Below are positions 40,850-53,363 of a stretch of DNA of 64,000 bases, in pieces; the stretch's first letter is position 1, and each line of letters opens with the position of its first letter. Both the position numbers and the translations under genes were made by a program. Under the pieces are notes generated by a model, which had not been told where the DNA came from, did not search any database, and saw only the letters and a program-made list of their open reading frames with translations. The DNA is taken from NCBI GenBank assembly GCA_964016885.1, contig OZ024742.1:95170001-95234000 (forward strand), given 5' to 3'. This stretch comes from Eledone cirrhosa (Eukaryota).

Positions 40850-42680
40850 ATGTCTATGAATTTTTGGAGCCAGCTTTCACTCACTTGGGAGTTAACAGTA
40901 TCACCCATTGCTCCAACTATCCTAGTATTTTGCTGGTTTTTGGTCTAGGGCTATATATTTGTCTGGCAGGAACCTGCTTATATCACAACTATCCAACATA
41001 TCTGGTTGCCATATTGCTATCCACAAACTGACTCATTCTTCTGTAGAACAGCTCTACTGAGGGTGCTGCAAGGGACTGAAGACTGTTCAGCAATTTCTGC
41101 TTCAATTGTAAATTGGTGTGGAACCATGTGGCACGAGGGCCCCTTGCTTCAATCAAATCACAGCAAAGACACTAAAAACATTCAAAGTTAAGATATGGGA
41201 CGACTTTGGTGTTTTGATCCAACTTTAGATCAGCAAATAAAATATTCTGGCAGAGTATCTGCTGACTTTATAAGAAGACGTCACCTTCCCTGCCTATTAT
41301 CAGGAACACATCTGGAGCCCTCTCTTAAGAGAGATGTATTCTTGTGAGGTGGAGATAATAATTTTCCACTCTCCTAAACCCTGTCACAACATCTTCCAAT
41401 TTACATCAGGTGCACCTGGGAGTGATGACTAATCTCTTGGATGTTGAGATCACCAGAGCAATTAAAGGGCTCAAATGTGGCAAGGCCTATTGACGGAATG
41501 GAATTTGGCTTCAGATGTTAAAAGCCTTAAATAAAGTATTCTTTGGCTGACTCATGTGTGCTGAGCACCTTGGATATCTGGAAAGGCATCAAAGCAATGA
41601 CAATTGAAAATGATATTCCCAGTTTTCAGAAAGAGAGACCAGAGAGATTCCTCAAATTCTAAAGGGATCTTTTTAAGCTTCCCCAGTAAAGTGTCTGGCA
41701 AAGAGATGTATGAATATTTTTGAGTGCAAACTACATGTGGAACAGTGCAATTGTTGCCCTGGATGCAGCACAGCCAATCATATATTGACACTTTAGAAGG
41801 TCTTTAAGAAATCGTGGGAGTATTGCCAAGAGGTGTATGCTTGAGTCATAGACATCAAAAAGACATGACTGTGTTCCACATGTGGAAGGATTTGCAGGAG
41901 TATTGAATTAATGGGATTAATGGATAACTTTTTGTTGCTCTGAAGTCTCCATATGTATGCTCTAGTATTTGTGTTCAGATAAATTGGACTAAGTCGAAAC
42001 CATTCAGTGTGGGTTTCAGACTCCACCAAGAGTTTGTATTGCCATCCCTACTGTTCATAATCTTCATGAACAGGATTGACATCCATAGCAAGGTTGTAAG
42101 TGGTAGCAGGACTGGCAGGGGTAGGATCAGTTGGCTGGAATTTGCAGTCAACATGGTACTACTAAACGCATTGGAAGTTGATCTCTGACATGCACTTGAA
42201 AGCTTTGATGCACTGCTGGAATGGAAATCGGTGCTGCAAATATTGAGACACTCATTCTCTCAAGGAAGCCTACATAGTACACTCTACATGTGAGTGGAGT
42301 TCCACTGAAGCAGGTGGAGAAGTTCTTGTATCTCGGGGTCATTTTCACATTTGATGGAAGTCAGGAGGCTGAATTAAGAGCAAGAATTGCAGGATTTGGT
42401 GCAGTCATGGCCCAGCTTCAGCATTCAGTCATCAGAAGAAAGGAAATAGGTGTAAAAGTCAAATACACTATCTTCAATTCATAATTTGTACCAACTCTTA
42501 ACTATGGTCACGAATTTTCATGGGTAATGACTGAAAGAAAACAATCAAGAATAAAAGTATCTGAAATGGGTTCCTCTAAAGGGTCTTTGGGGTAAGGTTA
42601 CTCAATAGAGTGCATAGCTGTGATATTAGAGAATCACTCCAGACAGAGTGGCGTATTCTTCAAATTGAGAGATCACTATT
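40850..42680 (+). mobile_element. Heavily decayed RTE LINE (family of 25050 and 32590)
   Basis: KGIF.SFPSKV, PLLFIIFMNRID, SGVPLKQVEKFLYLGVIFTFDG and LNYGHE. Confidence 0.75.
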
Positions 42681-43807
42681 CCAAAACTATATACAAGAAA
42701 ATGGAGAAGGTGGTGGTGGTGTTTAATATTATTTAAATAGGAGGATTTTAAATATAGTAGCTTTGGCTCATACCTAATTTTGGCTGGATTGGTATCATAA
42801 GGGTTATGACAACATTATGTCACTGTAACATAGCGGTTCTCGAATTTATTTTGTAATAGAACCCTTATATTTTATTATAGACAATTTTCCAAAAATTGCA
42901 AAATCCATATTTATATTTTACAGAAAATTCCCACCATCTAAATTGTAATAATTAAATGTTCATATAAAAATTGCATAAATAATTTCTATAAAATTTTATT
43001 AAAAGATATTATTTCTCCAGGCTGAATCCCCTTTTGGAAACATTACCACAACAACAACAATTACAAACAATTTAAGATTATTTTCCCTGCTAAAGAGTTG
43101 ATGAGCACCGTTTGTTTCATGATAAACTTTTCATTTGACCCTACGCTGACTCTCTGTCCTGGCGCCCTGGCCTTTGCTTCCTCCTCCATGATATTTACAT
43201 ATGTTTTTCTTGGTCTTCCCTTTCTCTGCCTCCTTCCAAATTCAATTCTATCACATCTTTCACCCATTCAGTTTCATCTTACCACAACACATAACCCAGA
43301 CACCTCATTCCATTTCTCTTTACACCATCATTCACTGGGTCTGTTCATATTATCCTCTGCATTTCATTGGTTGTTCTTCTCTCTCTCAGGGATACACTTC
43401 TCATTCGCTGAACCATTCCAATTCTTTCAGCTCCTTATAAGCATGCAACTCAACTCCCAGAACTTCTTCCATGTCTCTCTCATTCTAGTTATTGTCATTT
43501 AGTCTGATCTGTTTTGACTTGGAAGGTTTTTCCTCTCTTTAACTCAATTACATATCCCTTGAAGAAAAGAGGATTATAGTAATAATACTAATAATAATGC
43601 TTCTACATTTGGCACAAAGATAGCAATAAACCCAGTATAATAATAGTAGTAACTAGACCAGCCGTGTTGTCACTTCACTTTTAAAATCATGTTCACTTAA
43701 AAATAATTTATAAATAATTAAAATATACACAACAAACCCATGCAATGATGATGATGAAGTATATAATGTGAAACAAAATTGGAAGGCCCATTTATATACG
43801 TGTGTGT

Positions 43808-44140
43808 ATCATCATCATTTTTACGTCCACTATTCCCTGCTTACAAGGGTGGGACGGGAGCTGAGTCTGGCTTGATTTCTACAGCTGGATGCCCTTCTTA
43901 ACACCAACCTCATTTACAGTGAGTGCTGGGTGCTTTTTTGCCGTGGCACCTCCACGACCACTTTGCAGTGGAATGATAGGGACCCCAGTCCTATCATCTC
44001 ATATCTACAGCTGAATAAACTGGAGCAATGTGAAATAAAATCTCTTGCTCAAGGAAACAACACATCACCCAGTCTGAGAATTGAACTCACAACCTTTCAA
44101 TTGAAAGGCCAATGCTCTAACCACTAAGCTATGTGCCTCC
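43808..44140 (-). mobile_element. Full-length SINE-B
   Basis: tRNA-like head, CCTTGAGCAAGAGA core, GGGCATCCAGC motif, RTE-type 3' end and (GAT)n tail. Confidence 0.85.
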
Positions 44141-44170
44141 ATGTATATATATAAATGTGTATGCTTGTAT

Positions 44171-44212
<42 letters not shown>

Positions 44213-44602
44213 CTGTGTGTGTGTGTGTATATATATGTGGGTGTCTGTGATCTATACATATATATATATACACACACACTCACATATATATACACACATC
44301 AACACCACCAGCCCTCTTCCAATATCCGTCTCTTTCTCCTCTCTCTATGTCTCTCTTTCAATCTACACTGTCACAACTACTATCTCTTCCTCTCTATCTT
44401 TCTCTCTGTTTATGAAGGTACTCAGAAAACCCCATATCTCGGGAACCCAGGGTCTGATTTACACGAAACTTGTTTTATTCCATTCATATTCCCATTTCAG
44501 GGGCAATTTCCTTTCAATTATTTTCCCATTATGTGCCCTTTTGGCTGTATCATATTAGATAAGCAAGCAAGCAATCTCAGACTTTTAATATTATATAGAT
44601 AA

Positions 44603-44866
44603 TTTTTTCTACTTTTGGCACAAGGCCAGCAATTAACCAGTACATTACTGGTACTTTATTTTATCGACCCCATAAGGATGAAAGGCAAAGTCAAATATTG
44701 TTTGGCAGTATTGGTAGAGGGTTGGACGCCATGCTTTCTAGCATAGTTATGCCCCTTTACGGTCTTACTTCAAATCCTGTCGAGGTTAACTTTGTCTTTC
44801 ATGGGGTCGATAAAATAAAGTATCAGTAATGTACTGCGTAATTGCTGGCCAAAAGTAGAAACAATT
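44603..44866. mobile_element. Head-to-head SINE-A pair (minus 44603-44693, plus 44700-44866)
   Basis: Two opposed copies form an inverted repeat. Confidence 0.75.
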
Positions 44867-46339
44867 AAATATTGTATAAAGTTTTAGTTTGTTCTGTTGG
44901 ACTCTGAATAACGAGGAGTGAATTTTGCTTTACATTTTATGTTGCTTGAATTTAAAAAGAAAATATTTTGTGTGAGATAAAATTTGTCTTAGAATATATC
45001 TTAGAATACATGTGGACTAACAAGAAGGGATGGTTTATTTGTAGAGGATGCACTGTGGTAACCGAGGGGGAAATAATCAGTAATGTAAGCCTATTCCAAT
45101 CACACAAAGAACCCATAGAAGTGATTGATAGCTTCTGTTTTCTAGGCAACATAATTAGCAATGAAGCAGGGTGTTCTGAGAGAATAATAGCTACAATAAG
45201 GATATGATGGAAAACGTTCAGAAAGCAACTCCCACTGAGATAAAAAATGTTTTCTCCTTATGTATAAAGAGCAACTGTATAAAACCCATGTGTGAAGTGT
45301 GATGCTGCATGGTAGTGAAACATCCCACTACATCTTTTGTGTACCCAAGATTTACATTGTGTACATGTTATGGAATCTATGCCTACTCCCTTTCTATGTA
45401 TTCAGCAGGGCCATTTCCCTGAAGGAATCAGGGTCCTATTTTCTCCATTACTCTAGCACTTTAGTTTTGGCTAAGTTTGTATAACCCATCTTAGCAGAGT
45501 GAATTAATGTTAAATAATGATGCTGATTAAAATGATTATATATAAAATTAACTTTTTACTTACATAAAGCAAAAGATAGACAATATTATAAGATTCGTTT
45601 GAAATTTTCAATTATTCTAATGTTCCTCAAGTAGTTTAAAAAGAAAAATAATTATTGTTAGTTTAGTTTCCCTTATATTTTGTTTTCAGATTATTTCTGA
45701 ACAAACAAATTTTGCAAACTTTTAATGACAAACCAATCACTGCCTTACTTGACTGTTACTCTGGCAGTTCAAATTAGATTAGTAAACAGAATGATGTTAT
45801 ATACACATGTATATTTATGTGTGTGTATATATATATATTTGCTCTCTTTGATTCACCCAATTTCCTTTCATTTTTATGTGGTTCTCTTTATTAATATTAT
45901 TATTATTGGTTTCTCATATAGTTGCCACACATACTTTTGCTCTGTAAGTTGTATTATTTTTCACTTGTTTTTAAAACATTCCTTGGTGAATTTTTTATAT
46001 AAATTTTAAAAAGGGCACCATACTTTACCCTGAAAAAAAAGGCAACTCCATAATATTTGAGAAATTGGCCCAAATATTGCAAGTGTAATTGCAAATAATG
46101 CCCCTAACATTTGTTTCACAAAATGGAGGTTAGCAACCCTTCTTACTGGGGTTGATAAGATAAAGCACCAGTAAAGTATTGGTATCAATAAATTGACTTT
46201 CCCCTTCTACAAAATTATTGGCATTATGCCAGTGTTAGAAATAATAATAATTATTATGAATATTTCACACAAATATATTGGGAGTTTTGTCCTTAAGTTT
46301 TGGTCATAATTAGTTTCCTTAGAGCTGAAGGATCTTTCT

Positions 46340-46720
46340 GATGATACTTACTGTAACAATGCTACTTTTGTTATTACTCCTAAGTCTTTCAGAAATGTTC
46401 CTCTTCTGTCAGTAACAGCCCCTAATACACCAATAACAATGAGGTTACTTTTGTGGAGACATTCCAAAATTTTCTTATCTCCTTAGCAAAATCCTGGTAC
46501 TTTTCAATCCTTTTCTGTTCCTTAACAGTCATGTTCATGATAGCAGAAAATTATACATTCTTTTGATATTTGGTCTTCTAACCTATATTTTGTGGTCTGT
46601 CTAGATTGTGACATCATGAAGTATCTTGACCAAGCCAGTCTCAACAATACCGTCATTGTGTTCATACCATTTATCATGAATTTCAAACCCTTGTTTTCAC
46701 AATACATTCCAGGTCAGAGT
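46340..46720 (-). mobile_element. R4/Dong-like 3' fragment
   Basis: Minus strand gives KEQKRIEKYQDFAKEIRKFWN..LIVIGVLG, preceded by a W.EH.. region. Confidence 0.6.
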
Positions 46721-47199
46721 CCTAGCTACAGTATGGTGATGAATCTTATACACTATTTTGTGCCAAACTGCTACAACCACTTACAATGTGAGTTATGGAC
46801 TCTTCCTTATATAGCAAAATGTTGTTTAGCATGGTTTCTACGGTGGGATGTCCTTCCTAATAACAACTTTACAGAGTGTACTAGGTGCATATTATCGTAG
46901 CACCAGCTCTAGAGAGAATCACATATCTTTGACATAATTGAAAACCCCTCTCAACCGCTTGTTTGGCAATGTTTCTACAGTTTGGTGCATGTCCTAAATG
47001 CAAACCAACTTATAGAGTATAAAAAATATCCAAGACACAAGCCCAAGCAAGGTTTTTTTGTTGATCACCTGCAGTCGCCCATGCATACCAGTCTCACCTC
47101 TCCATGCCACCACTGTTGTCCAAGGGAAAGGCTGATACAGCATAGCACCAGTGGTATCATAACTCATTTCTACAGCTGAGTGCACTTAAACATGAAATA

Positions 47200-47387
47200 A
47201 TTGTTTCTACTTTTGGCACAAGGCCAGCAATTACCCAGTGTATTACTGGTACTTTATTTTATCGACCCCGTAAGGGTGAAAGGCAAAGTTAACATCGACG
47301 GGATTTGAACTCAGAATTGAAAGGGCCGTAACTATTTGCGTCAAAGAATGGCGTCCAACCCTCTACTGATACTGCCAACAGACCACC
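47200..47387 (-). mobile_element. SINE-A
   Basis: Consensus motifs. Confidence 0.85.
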
Positions 47388-47394
47388 TAAAATT

Positions 47395-48374
47395 AGTTAT
47401 AAATAGTTTGTTGTAGGACAAGTGTTCAGAATAGGGGTGTATATGAAAGCGTATGCAATATGTTTATGTATAATAAACATATACAAACGTCACCATGCAT
47501 ATTCTAAAATGTGATCATATCCCAGCTACTTCAGTAAATGTGGAAGAATGATAAATATAAGAATGTTGTTTTTCTTTTCACATTATAAAAAAAGATTGTG
47601 GACATATTTTTTGTTATATATATGTTTTCCTACACATTACAAGAAACATGTTGAAGATATATATTATTGATTAAATATATACACACATAGAAATAAAACA
47701 AAACCCCCAAAAAATCTTTTTTTTTTTTTCGGTAGTGAGTTAAATATGTAATATGAAAAATATGCTACTTGAAAATACACTGCCATCATAATTTTATGTC
47801 AGAAGCTTTGTTACGTTATCATTCAAACACCAGTTTAATAATGAGGAAATTAGTTATATTACTAAATCCTTTCAAATTCTTGATTATTTCAATATCATAT
47901 GTAAAATTACTTAAACATATGGTACTTATAAACATAAAACATATAACACATTTGTTTCTCTTTATAAAACAATTTTCCCATTTACTGTTATACAGTGTTT
48001 ACATCAATGTATCTTAACTGCCCACTATAAATATAGTTCTACATGTTGGGCAAGTGACTTGATGTGAGAACCGGTGTTGAATCAAAAGCGATTATATTGT
48101 GGAAGAGTCGTTTAGCTACAGTTCTAATTGATTTGTGAGTGACTTGAATTAAGACTATCTGTTAAAACCAAAGCAATAAACTTATGAAAATATAATTTTA
48201 GTCAGTTATAAATAGTTTGTAATAGGACAAGTGTTCAGAATAGGGGTATATAAGAAAACGTATGCAATATGTTTATGTATAATAAACATACACAAACCTC
48301 ACTATGCATATTTTAAAATGTGATCATGTCCCAGCTACTTCAGTGACTGTGGAAGAATGACAAATATAAGAATG
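47395..48374. repeat. ~170-bp direct repeat pair (47395-47565 and 48204-48374)
   Basis: AGTTATAAATAGTTTG...GGAAGAATGA.AAATATAAGAATG occurs twice, with a period of ~809 bp. Confidence 0.9.
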
Positions 48375-48714
48375 GCAGGATCTTTATCCATCTTCAATGA
48401 TGTTTTATTCACTCAGACCTGAAGCAGAACAAGCTGATAGCATATGTAGATATTTTGGCAAGAATACATTTATTGAGGTATTCATTTGCCTATGACACAG
48501 GCTTGACAGCCTGCTTTTAATTATCCATAGCACTGACACAGCTTTATTCTTAATACTGCTGTACATATATATATATAATCTATGTTTTAGAATTGTTGAG
48601 CAATAGGAAATTTGACAATTTGAAAGAAGCATTAATAGTGTTTGACTATGAAACATAGTCAAACAACACTGAAAGAATTTTGTACACCACTGCACGGGTA
48701 GTAAACAGTTTCCA

Positions 48715-49190
48715 GATTCAAGGAATACATACAAAATATCCAGCAGCTGTTTCAGTACCAATTCATAATGCTGGAAAAACTCTCTAAGGCAACTTCTACA
48801 TGGGCATAAGCCATGCTGGTACTCAGTTAAAAGATGATTTTCCTTTAAAAAAGTGATCAATTTCCCCTTGACTATTCATTTCAAGATTGCTTATATGTGA
48901 GATCAGGGAGACAGGTTTGTAGTTTTTAGCATCTGCTCTGCTTCTTCTTTTATGGATAGGACATATTATGCCTTCTTTTAGCTTTCTAGGTAGTTTCCCA
49001 CTTACAAGGGAGCTTCAGAAGAGGATCTGCTGTGGTTTCGCATAAGGTTTGTTGCATGATTTTCAAAGAATTGCTAGGAATCCATAAGGACCAGCATTTG
49101 AATTTGGCCTCATTTCATCTAGGGTTGATATTACATATTTCTCCTTTATATCTATATAATGGATTGTTGCCATTACTCTGTGTAATGCAG
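48715..49190 (-). mobile_element. CR1-like LINE RT fragment
   Basis: LDEMRPNSNAGPYG..PIHKRRSRADAKNYKPVSLISHI..FLKENHLLTEYQHG..RSCL. Confidence 0.75.
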
Positions 49191-49927
49191 TGGTGTTAAT
49201 GAACTCATCTGGCTTATTTATTTGTATGTATCAATATATATATGTATATATATATATATACATATATATATATGTATATATATACATATATATATATGTA
49301 TATATATATGTATATATATATATATATATTAGAAAGATCGAGTATCGAAAAATCGGCGCACGAGTTCACGATAAACGAGATTCGATATGAGCGGCAGAGG
49401 GCTCAATAATTCAGATGAATCAGAGCTATAACTATCGTTAAAATACCGTCACATATAGAACAAGTCTACAATCAACCATACGATTTAAAATCGATAGAGG
49501 AAGATTCGGGACAAACAGATAAAAAATATCAATAAAACAATACGTCAATAATTTAAATGAATGTAAAATCATACCCGGACCCACTAGACAGGTGTTAAAT
49601 CTAGCTTCATGGGTTTCTGTAAATCCTTAGACTGTACTCTATCAGCTCACATATAAATATAAAAGCCTACTAGAGTAAGCGGAACGGAGTTTTACTTTCT
49701 CAACGAGTTTTTTCCTGGCGGCAGAGGAGCCAACTACCAGTGAAAAACGCACATGGCATTAGACAAGGGAGATGACCCCTATATCCGCGAAAACAATTCG
49801 AGTGAATGTGGAAATACACATATCGAATTAGAGTGCTCAATAGACATGTTAAAATAAAACAAAAGCTATTCATCACTCAATAGAATCGACAAAAAATGAG
49901 CAATAAAATTAACTGGTGGATAGCTAC

Positions 49928-50008
<81 letters not shown>

Positions 50009-50027
50009 CATATATGTATATATATAC

Positions 50028-50062
<35 letters not shown>

Positions 50063-50138
50063 AGTATTGAAGTTTCCGTTGAAAATTGAAAAAGTCATAG
50101 GAGTGAAGGGTGCTCTATGTAAGTATCAGAGCAAAATT

Positions 50139-51581
50139 TAATGTATAATAAACAATACAATATAATTACCTCATTACTAGAGGTTTCCCGATTAAGACGA
50201 ATACAAAAAACGTCCTCATTCGTTCGTCGGACAAGATACTTATCCTCCATAAACTCTTATTCTTCACTTTCCTTAAATTATCCTCTTTACAGACTTCTCT
50301 TTCTGATTTACTTTCATTTTTAACTTTATTTTTAATTTTATTTTTATTTTTTACTTCACATCCACCTACTTTTCGATTCACTTACCTAATATCTTCACAT
50401 TCCACATTTTACTTCCCCATTTTCTTCCACTACCTGATATCAAATGTCACTTGCGTTTTCCACTCCAGATATATTCTGTTGTTTCGCAGCCGATTTTATA
50501 TTTGTACTCATTCATTAATACGGCTGGTTTATAATCTGTATCTATGCGTGTGAGTGTGCATATGTGTTTATACGTTCTGTATGTGTATACGAACGCCTCC
50601 GTATGGGTGCGTGCGTACGTATATATACGTGAGTGTATGTGTGTTTTTATATCTATGTTTTTTTTATATCTATGTTTTTTACTTACTTATTTATACACGT
50701 GTGTGTATGCGGGTGAATGTATGTGTATGTGTATGTATATGTGTCTGTATGTATATGTATGTATGGGTGTGTGTATATATGTATATACATATATAGTCGC
50801 GTACGTACGTGTGATTAGATATACATGTGGCAATATATATATATACGTGCCTCGTGTGTATGTATGTACGCATGCATGCGCTTTTGTCTGTACGTATTTG
50901 TGCGTATAAATATTTTTTTATATATATATGTGTGTGTATGTGCGTACCTATGTTTGTTTTCTTTTCTCTAGTGTTAATTGATTACTTTCTCTTTGATTTA
51001 AAATGTTTTTCATTCTCATATATTGTTTCATTTTTATACTTATATCGAGAATGACACTTCTTTTTACTATTACACTCCTTTCCCTCTTTATCTTCCGCAT
51101 ATAAGTGACCATGCGCTTGTGTGTGTTTATACGCGTGCTTTCATATTCGTATGTGTATTTAATACCTGTATCTGGATGCGTGTTAACTATATTATCTTTC
51201 AATTTCCTTTTTCAACTCATATTATATACGTATTTGTGGTCACATATACACAAATATACTTGCCCTCATATATGTACTTACGCACACATTTTCACCATAC
51301 ACATGCATTTGTACATACACACATAGGTACGTTTGTGAGAGTATATACATAATTATACACATACCCTAACTATATTTCCTTATTTTTTTATATATCTCTT
51401 GCATTACTTTTATTTATATATTTTTTGCCCGTTAAACTCTTGCATTTCTTGAGGAGACTTTTAAATATTTCACTATGTTTTAAATTACCTTGTCCGACGA
51501 ACGAATAAGGACGTTTTTCGTATTCGTCTTATTCGGGAAAACTCTAGTAATGAGGTAATTATATTGTATTGTTTATTATAC

Positions 51582-51585
<4 letters not shown>
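50139..51585. mobile_element. Penelope-like remnant bounded by ~97-bp inverted termini carrying hammerheads
   Basis: 50139-50235 is the reverse complement of 51489-51585. The interior is CA/TA-rich low-complexity sequence. Confidence 0.7.
51484..51561 (+). ncRNA. Hammerhead ribozyme variant (CCGACGA core)
   Basis: AUUACCUUGU-CCGACGA-[CGAAUAAGGACG...CGUCUUAUUCG]-G-GAAA-..CUAG-UA-AUGAGGUAAU. Stems I and II are long. A mirror copy lies on the minus strand at ~50163-50235. Confidence 0.6.
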
Positions 51586-51621
<36 letters not shown>

Positions 51622-51830
51622 TAAACGGAATAGAAAATGCTGACAAATTGTTCACAGTTGAAAAATAGTTTAATTAGGAATAAAAGAGTATTAGTGATTG
51701 TATGGGTTAGTATTCAGTTGTGGTTTTAAGTTTTTAAGTTTTACCGGTTGCGCATTTCTAAATGCTTTTCAAAAATAATTTTGAGATAGAATGTCCGTGC
51801 TGTTTGCTCTGATCTTATATATATATATGT

Positions 51831-51926
<96 letters not shown>

Positions 51927-51935
51927 ACATATATA

Positions 51936-51966
<31 letters not shown>

Positions 51967-52552
51967 CTATGGCGGGTAAAATTCCCGAGATCCATGGACG
52001 AGTTCTCTCCAGCGTTCTCTGTCCCTCATTATCGCTGCCATGTCCTGCGTCTCCAACAGACCAGTGTCCGTCCTTAGGGCATCAACATACGTTAACCTTG
52101 GTCTTCCACTTCTAATGTGTCCATGAAGGGTCTCCCACAAGAGCACTGAGTGCAATGTCAACTCTGGATGTTGGTGAGCATGTCCAGCTAACGTCAGTCT
52201 CCTCTGTGTCACTTTTGAGCTGACTTTTGGGATGCTCCCATACAGCTCTGAGTTTTTCATCCTAAGTGTAGGCGGGAAGCCGCTAGTATTGGTTGAGGGC
52301 TTCCTGTATTTGGGAGCAAAGATTGGGAATACGGAAGATGATGTGGTTGAGAGGAAGAGCAAAGCCTGGGCGGCGTGCCACAGCTTGAGATAGGTGTGGA
52401 AGTCGGACCATCGTGAAGACCTGAAAACCCGCCTCGTCATTGCTGTAGTGGAGTCGGTGCTGCTGTACGGGTCTGAGACTTTGACACTGACCAAGAAACT
52501 CACTCAGATGGTGTATGGGTGCTACACGAGAATGCTGAGGATGGCTCTGAAC
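51967..52552. mobile_element. 5'-inverted RTE-like LINE insertion
   Basis: Minus 51967-52260 is the 3' end (MKNSELYG..RRLTLAGH..GRPRLTY). Plus 52261-52552 is the upstream part ([22 protein letters not shown]). Both sides adjoin (TA)n. Confidence 0.85.
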
Positions 52553-52596
52553 GAATATATATATACATATGTATATATGTATATATACATATATAC

Positions 52597-52631
<35 letters not shown>

Positions 52632-52683
52632 CATATACAATATGTATATATATATATACATATATATATATGTATATATACCC

Positions 52684-52720
<37 letters not shown>

Positions 52721-52753
52721 TATGTATATATACACATATATGTATATATATAT

Positions 52754-53351
52754 AAATAAATGTTCGGTGAATCCATACGTACATATATATATGTGTGCAT
52801 GTATGTATATATACATACTACTGTACGTCTGTATACATATATGTATGTACGTATACATACTTATATTTAAGTAACAGCCGTACTAAGGGTGAGAAATGAA
52901 ATTGCGTTTCATTTTTTCCGTTTATCGTTTTCGGTACCCCGGCCGATTAACTCACTCGATATGCAAATTAGGATGCTCAGCCGTTAATATGCATAAGGAA
53001 AGTATATACTTTCAGACGTTCAATCATCTGGCAGGAAGGTATACGTTGCTGACGATAGCTAATAAGCTTGAAACTAGTACAGCGTTCCTTTGTCAGTGTT
53101 GAACAAAATAGCAACGATGGTTGCTAGACACTGTACGGCTTAATTCGGGATGTTTGTTTACAAACACACCGAGCATTATAATAAATGTTTGGTGAATCCA
53201 TACGTACATATATATATATATGTGCATGTATGTATATATATATACATACTACTGTACGTCTGTATACATATATGTATGTACGTATACATACTTATATTTA
53301 AGTAACAGCCGTACTAAGAGTGAGAATGAAATTTCGTTTCATTTTTTCCGT
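52754..53351 (+). mobile_element. Retrozyme-like element: ~425-bp unit in 1.4 tandem copies with a hammerhead
   Basis: Direct repeats at 52754-52921 and 53180-53351, a hammerhead at 53043-53085, no convincing ORF, and TA flanks. Confidence 0.65.
53043..53085 (+). ncRNA. Minimal type-I hammerhead ribozyme
   Basis: ACGUUG-CUGACGA-U-AGCU AAUA AGCU-U-GAAA-CUAG-UA-CAGCGU. All core nucleotides are intact, stem III is the palindrome ACUAGU, and the cleavage triplet is GUA. Confidence 0.8.
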
Positions 53352-53363
53352 GTATATATATAT

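Noticed and set aside
44060-44140. tRNA gene
   Set aside because: It is the tRNA-derived head of SINE-B, and I could not build a full cloverleaf. The same applies to the SINE-A heads.
51738-51778. Additional hammerhead on the minus strand
   Set aside because: Stem II and CCGG-UA are present, but the core is mutated (TTGAAAA, GCAA). At best it is a decayed remnant.
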